Origin: Lama guanicoe
Taxonomy: Eukaryota
Assembly (NCBI GenBank): GCA_013239625.1
Contig: MU054049.1
Coordinates: 1,005,015 to 1,069,014 of the forward strand
Length of the DNA stretch: 64,000 bases
Direction: 5' to 3'
Part shown: in pieces, positions 60,384 through 64,000 of the stretch
How positions within the stretch are numbered: position 1 is the first letter of the stretch
How the letters are laid out: every line of letters begins with the position of its first letter
Position numbers and translations under genes: made by a program
The notes under the pieces: model-generated
Databases searched by the model: none
The model's input: only the letters and a program-made list of their open reading frames with translations
What the model was told of the DNA's origin: nothing

Positions 60384-62624
60384 GTCTGGTATCGCTCAGC
60401 GTCCACATCTCACCTAGTGCATGACCTCACCTTCCAAGAAGAGCTGTTCTGCAGATGACCTGACTCCCATGTGCTTCCCCAGACTAGTCGTGTGGCTCCC
60501 ACCCTGACTGGGCTGGGCTGAGGGTGAGGTCTGGAGCTTAGAGTCCCAGCCAGAGCTAGTCCCTGCCCGGCTGGTACAGCTGGTACTTGCCTTTGGTGCT
60601 TGTCCTGGTCTCGGAGAGCCTTGTTTTTGCTAACTGTCCCACCCAGCAACTCAGGGGCCTTGCCAGGGGAGCCAGAGTGGTGGGCCAGGACCAGGAAGAG
60701 GCTGTTTTCCCATCCTCCACTGCCTTGTACTTAAACTTTGGTCCTTCTGGATCCTCCCGTCACACAGCGGGAAGCTGTCAGAATGCCGCGTGTGACTCAT
60801 TGTGGTGGCAGGGACCCTAGGCTGTGCAGACAGAAGCATGTGAAATCCAGCAGGGGCCGAGGCCGGAGCTGGCCTGTTTCCACTTAGTGCTGGGAGGGGC
60901 CGGCCGGGGTGGGAGGTGGGGGGTCAAAGGAGTGTCAGCTCCCTGAAATGGGGGGCTGAGCAGCTGCAAGGAAAGGCAGTTCTGGACACTATCAAGACAT
61001 TGTTCTTTGCGCAAGTTGTTTTGATTTCATTTCATTGGGTTGTGCTTGTTGCCTCTGACTTTGGTAAATTGAGGGAGAGATTGTTTCCTGACTCAGCCTG
61101 AGTTCTTGCAGGATCAGTGGAACCAAACCACTAGGAACACCTGCTCCCTGGAGAAGCAGGTCTAGCAGAATGGCCAGGGCCAGCCGGGGACAGGCTTCCT
61201 GGCGGCAGGGTGGGCAGAAGCTCTAGCCTGGTCCCAGTCCCACCTCCACCACTTACACTGCGTGTCCCTGCCCCAAACTCTGGGCCTGGCCCTGGGGGAG
61301 TGCTTGGTGGCTTGTGTCCACTGTTATCACCATGACTGTGGCTTGTCTTTTAATAGTCCCTTAGGATTTATTCTAAGAAGGAGGGAGGAGTGGGATATGA
61401 ACCCTGGTACCTAAGCCATGGCCCCGAGCAAGTGGGAAAGAGCCTGTCAGTGCAAATGAGGAAGAGCTCCTGTTCACGCCTGGCCCTGGCCGCCTCCAGG
61501 ATGCTCCTGGGAGCCGGTGAGGCTGGGAATGGCAGGGGCTGGGCTTGCGCTTGGTGAGTGCTTGGGCCAAATGGGACACTCCGGGTCTGAATGAGTCTCT
61601 TGTCTTACTGAGTTGGTGGAGGATGAGACAGAGGGTCAGAATAGAGCCCACAAGAAACCTGACCAGCTGGAGTGGGTCCCATCTAGGAGTTCTGTGCCCA
61701 GTACAAAAAGCCAGTGTTTAGTGGGAAAGAGGGAAGTTGCTGGGTTTGGGGCCTGGATGATGTGTGGTGAGGCCCCTGAATGTAAAGCATGAGGCAGGGA
61801 GGTGCAGAGGGAAGCAGGCCCTGGAACTTGAGGACATCCATGGGCTGGAAGAGCGAGCAGGGTCAAGTCTAGACTGAAGAACCCTTAGTGGGGCAGGCCC
61901 TTCTGGCTGGTGGGGCAGATGGGGCCTTGTGACCTGGCCGCCTTCCACTGTTTGCACCTCCATCAGCCAGCTCCTCAGGGCTCCGTGCCCACTGCTCACC
62001 GCTCCCCTGCAGCCAGAGGCCTCCTCCTCTCCTGGGTGAGCTGTGCTGGTGTGTCCATCCCCAGTGCACTTAGAGCCCCAGGGCTGCCCAAAGCACTCTG
62101 CTCACGCCCCTACCAGCATCCTCCTTACCACTCGGCTCTGTGATTATTTCTGACTGTGATGTCTTTAAGGGCAGCGACAGACTGGAGTTCATCCAAGTCT
62201 CTTCCTTCCATGACACGTAGCATTTGTGCTTTGGAAAGATCTGCTGACCTGGAGAGCGCAGCTGTGTCAGGAAGCTGTGCACAGGGAGCCAGCTAAGTGT
62301 GCCGCGGGAAAGTGCAGGGTCTCAGGACCCTGGGCAGCCTGCCTGCAGCAGTGACCCTGTCTGCTGTCAGACACCTCAGGACGCAGCCTGAGGAGTGGCA
62401 CGCCGTGGCTGTGTGGGGAGCCCCTCTGGGAGCAGGTGAGGCGTGGCTGAGCAGAGGGCTGGCTGCCTTGCCAATCCACCACCACCAGGGAGACAGGCGC
62501 CAGCAGCCTGTGCCCAAGAGGGCAGCCTGGCACAGGGCAAGTGCTCAGACTGGACTCAGAGCCTCGTTCTGCTCTTTATCACTCTTGTTGGCAAAAATGT
62601 CAACAGCGGGACATCTGGAGCCCC

Positions 62625-62810
62625 TGTTTTGGGTGCTCTTCATATAACATCTCCTTTAGTCTTACAAGGCTCGTGAAGGAGGCTTTATCATTTCCATCCT
62701 GAAGATGGCAAAACCAGAGCCTAGGGGGGCTACTAACTGCAATTGCTCGGATTTCGTCTCAGGCCTGTCTTGCTCCAGGTTCGTGTGGTTTTTCACTCTT
62801 TCTACTACCT
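62625..62810 (-). mobile_element. MIR SINE
   Basis: catctcctttagtcttacaa...tcatttccatcctgaagatggcaaaaccagagcctag. Confidence 0.6.
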
Positions 62811-63129
62811 CTCAACCCCCCTATGTTGGGCCAGTTACATAAACTCTCCATCACCTTCAGCAACCTTCCCTATTGGGGCTTGGAGATTGGCTCCAGGCTC
62901 CCCTCTGCCTTCTTTGCAAACGTTCTGGTTAACGCTGGTCCAGGCAGGCAGGCCTCCAGGCTCCAGGGCGTCCCCTCCCACCGTAACCTTAGTCCTTGTC
63001 TGCTATACTCATTGTCAAGGACAGGCACTGGAAGTCAAGGATGGGAGGATTGCCGCGCTGACCCTAGGACCATGAACCTGTTCAAGCAAAGATACGGAAA
63101 GTTTGCCCCACAGCAGGTGTTTGTGTGCA

Positions 63130-63152
63130 TGTGTGTGTGTGTGTGTGTGTGT
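63130..63152. repeat. (TG)n microsatellite
   Basis: Pure TG run of about 11 units. Confidence 0.9.
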
Positions 63153-64000
63153 AGATGATTATTTTCTGCATTTCCCCAGACTAATATTTTCTGCTTGTGT
63201 TGAGACATTTTGTAGTGAGCATTGTGGTAGGCTGAGAGTTCCCCTAATTCAGATGTCTCCATAAGACCTTTTGGACCGTGGGCTTTTTCTAAGTGAAAGC
63301 AGCCCGCAGCAGGGTGTGCACCCACACTCAGCAAACCCGGGGCACCTACCTTCAGGTGGCTGTCAACCTACAGTGGGCGGGCAGCCCCACAACAGCCCTG
63401 GCCCCTCCTCCCCTGCCGTCTCAGGAGCACTTGCTTTTATGGCCTTTGCCACACACAGTCCAGGAGACTCCAGGGCATAACCGCCTTCCAGACTTCTAGA
63501 TGGCTCAACCCAGACAGAGGCCTCTAGGGGATGCAGGCAGACCTGGCGCTCCGGGATGGCACCAGCGTAACTCATTTCCTTGCCTGAACATTGGATCTGT
63601 ATTCGCCTCCAGCGATACCTGGGACTGTAATTACTCTGTGCCACTTTTGAGTCATTGATTAATGATTCCGGGAACCACAAACACATTTCTCTGCTACCAG
63701 CTCCATCTGATGTGAGGAGGGGTTTATTTAACGCATGTTAACCGCGGGCTTGCGTCAGCCGCTGTGCACTTGGGGATGGTCCCCTGTAACCCCTCCACGG
63801 AGCTGCTCTCAGAAGTGAGTCTCTGCTGAAAAAATGTGCTTCCAGACCCAGTCCAGAGTCAGAACTCACATGAGTTGTTTTTGCCGTTGCTGTTCCTTTT
63901 AATTACATGAACAATTAAATATTTATAAAGTTTTCATATAAACTCGATATAAAATATTAGTAGAAAAGAATCAGCTCAAAGGGAGATAGTTTTGCTCTGG

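Noticed and set aside
1..64000. CRISPR arrays, rRNA, operons or other prokaryotic/viral systems
   Set aside because: No regularly spaced repeat-spacer structure or gene-dense coding; the sequence is explained as a mammalian intron-exon region with ordinary repeats.

Overview
Mammalian genomic DNA, most likely camelid (inferred from three tRNA-Ala-derived Vic-1-type SINEs and no recognisable Alu, Bov-A/Bov-tA or PRE-1). The whole window lies inside one + strand gene, WDFY4, a large BEACH-domain protein of cDC1 and B cells. I traced 12 consecutive coding exons (2818-57934; 1827 nt = 609 codons). All introns are GT-AG, phases are compatible and the frame is uninterrupted. They encode the region just N-terminal to the PH-BEACH-WD40 module (about human exons 32-43, from memory). 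The rest is intron, including one of 31.8 kb (15701-47495), filled with L1, L2, MIR, MLT1 LTRs, hAT DNA transposons (Charlie1a, MER45A, MER91A, MER20) and SINEs. Almost all ORF-track entries are noise. I found no clearly novel system. The best leads are: a candidate in-frame alternative terminal exon (8763-9089, AATAAA at 9338) giving a BEACH-less WDFY4; a rare GAG acceptor with in-frame alternatives; an ISRE+GAS+kB-like cluster at 56.7-56.9 kb; a PU.1/IRF cluster at 21.7-22.3 kb; and several homeodomain-motif-rich, enhancer-like blocks. Gene and repeat names come from remembered sequences, not database searches.
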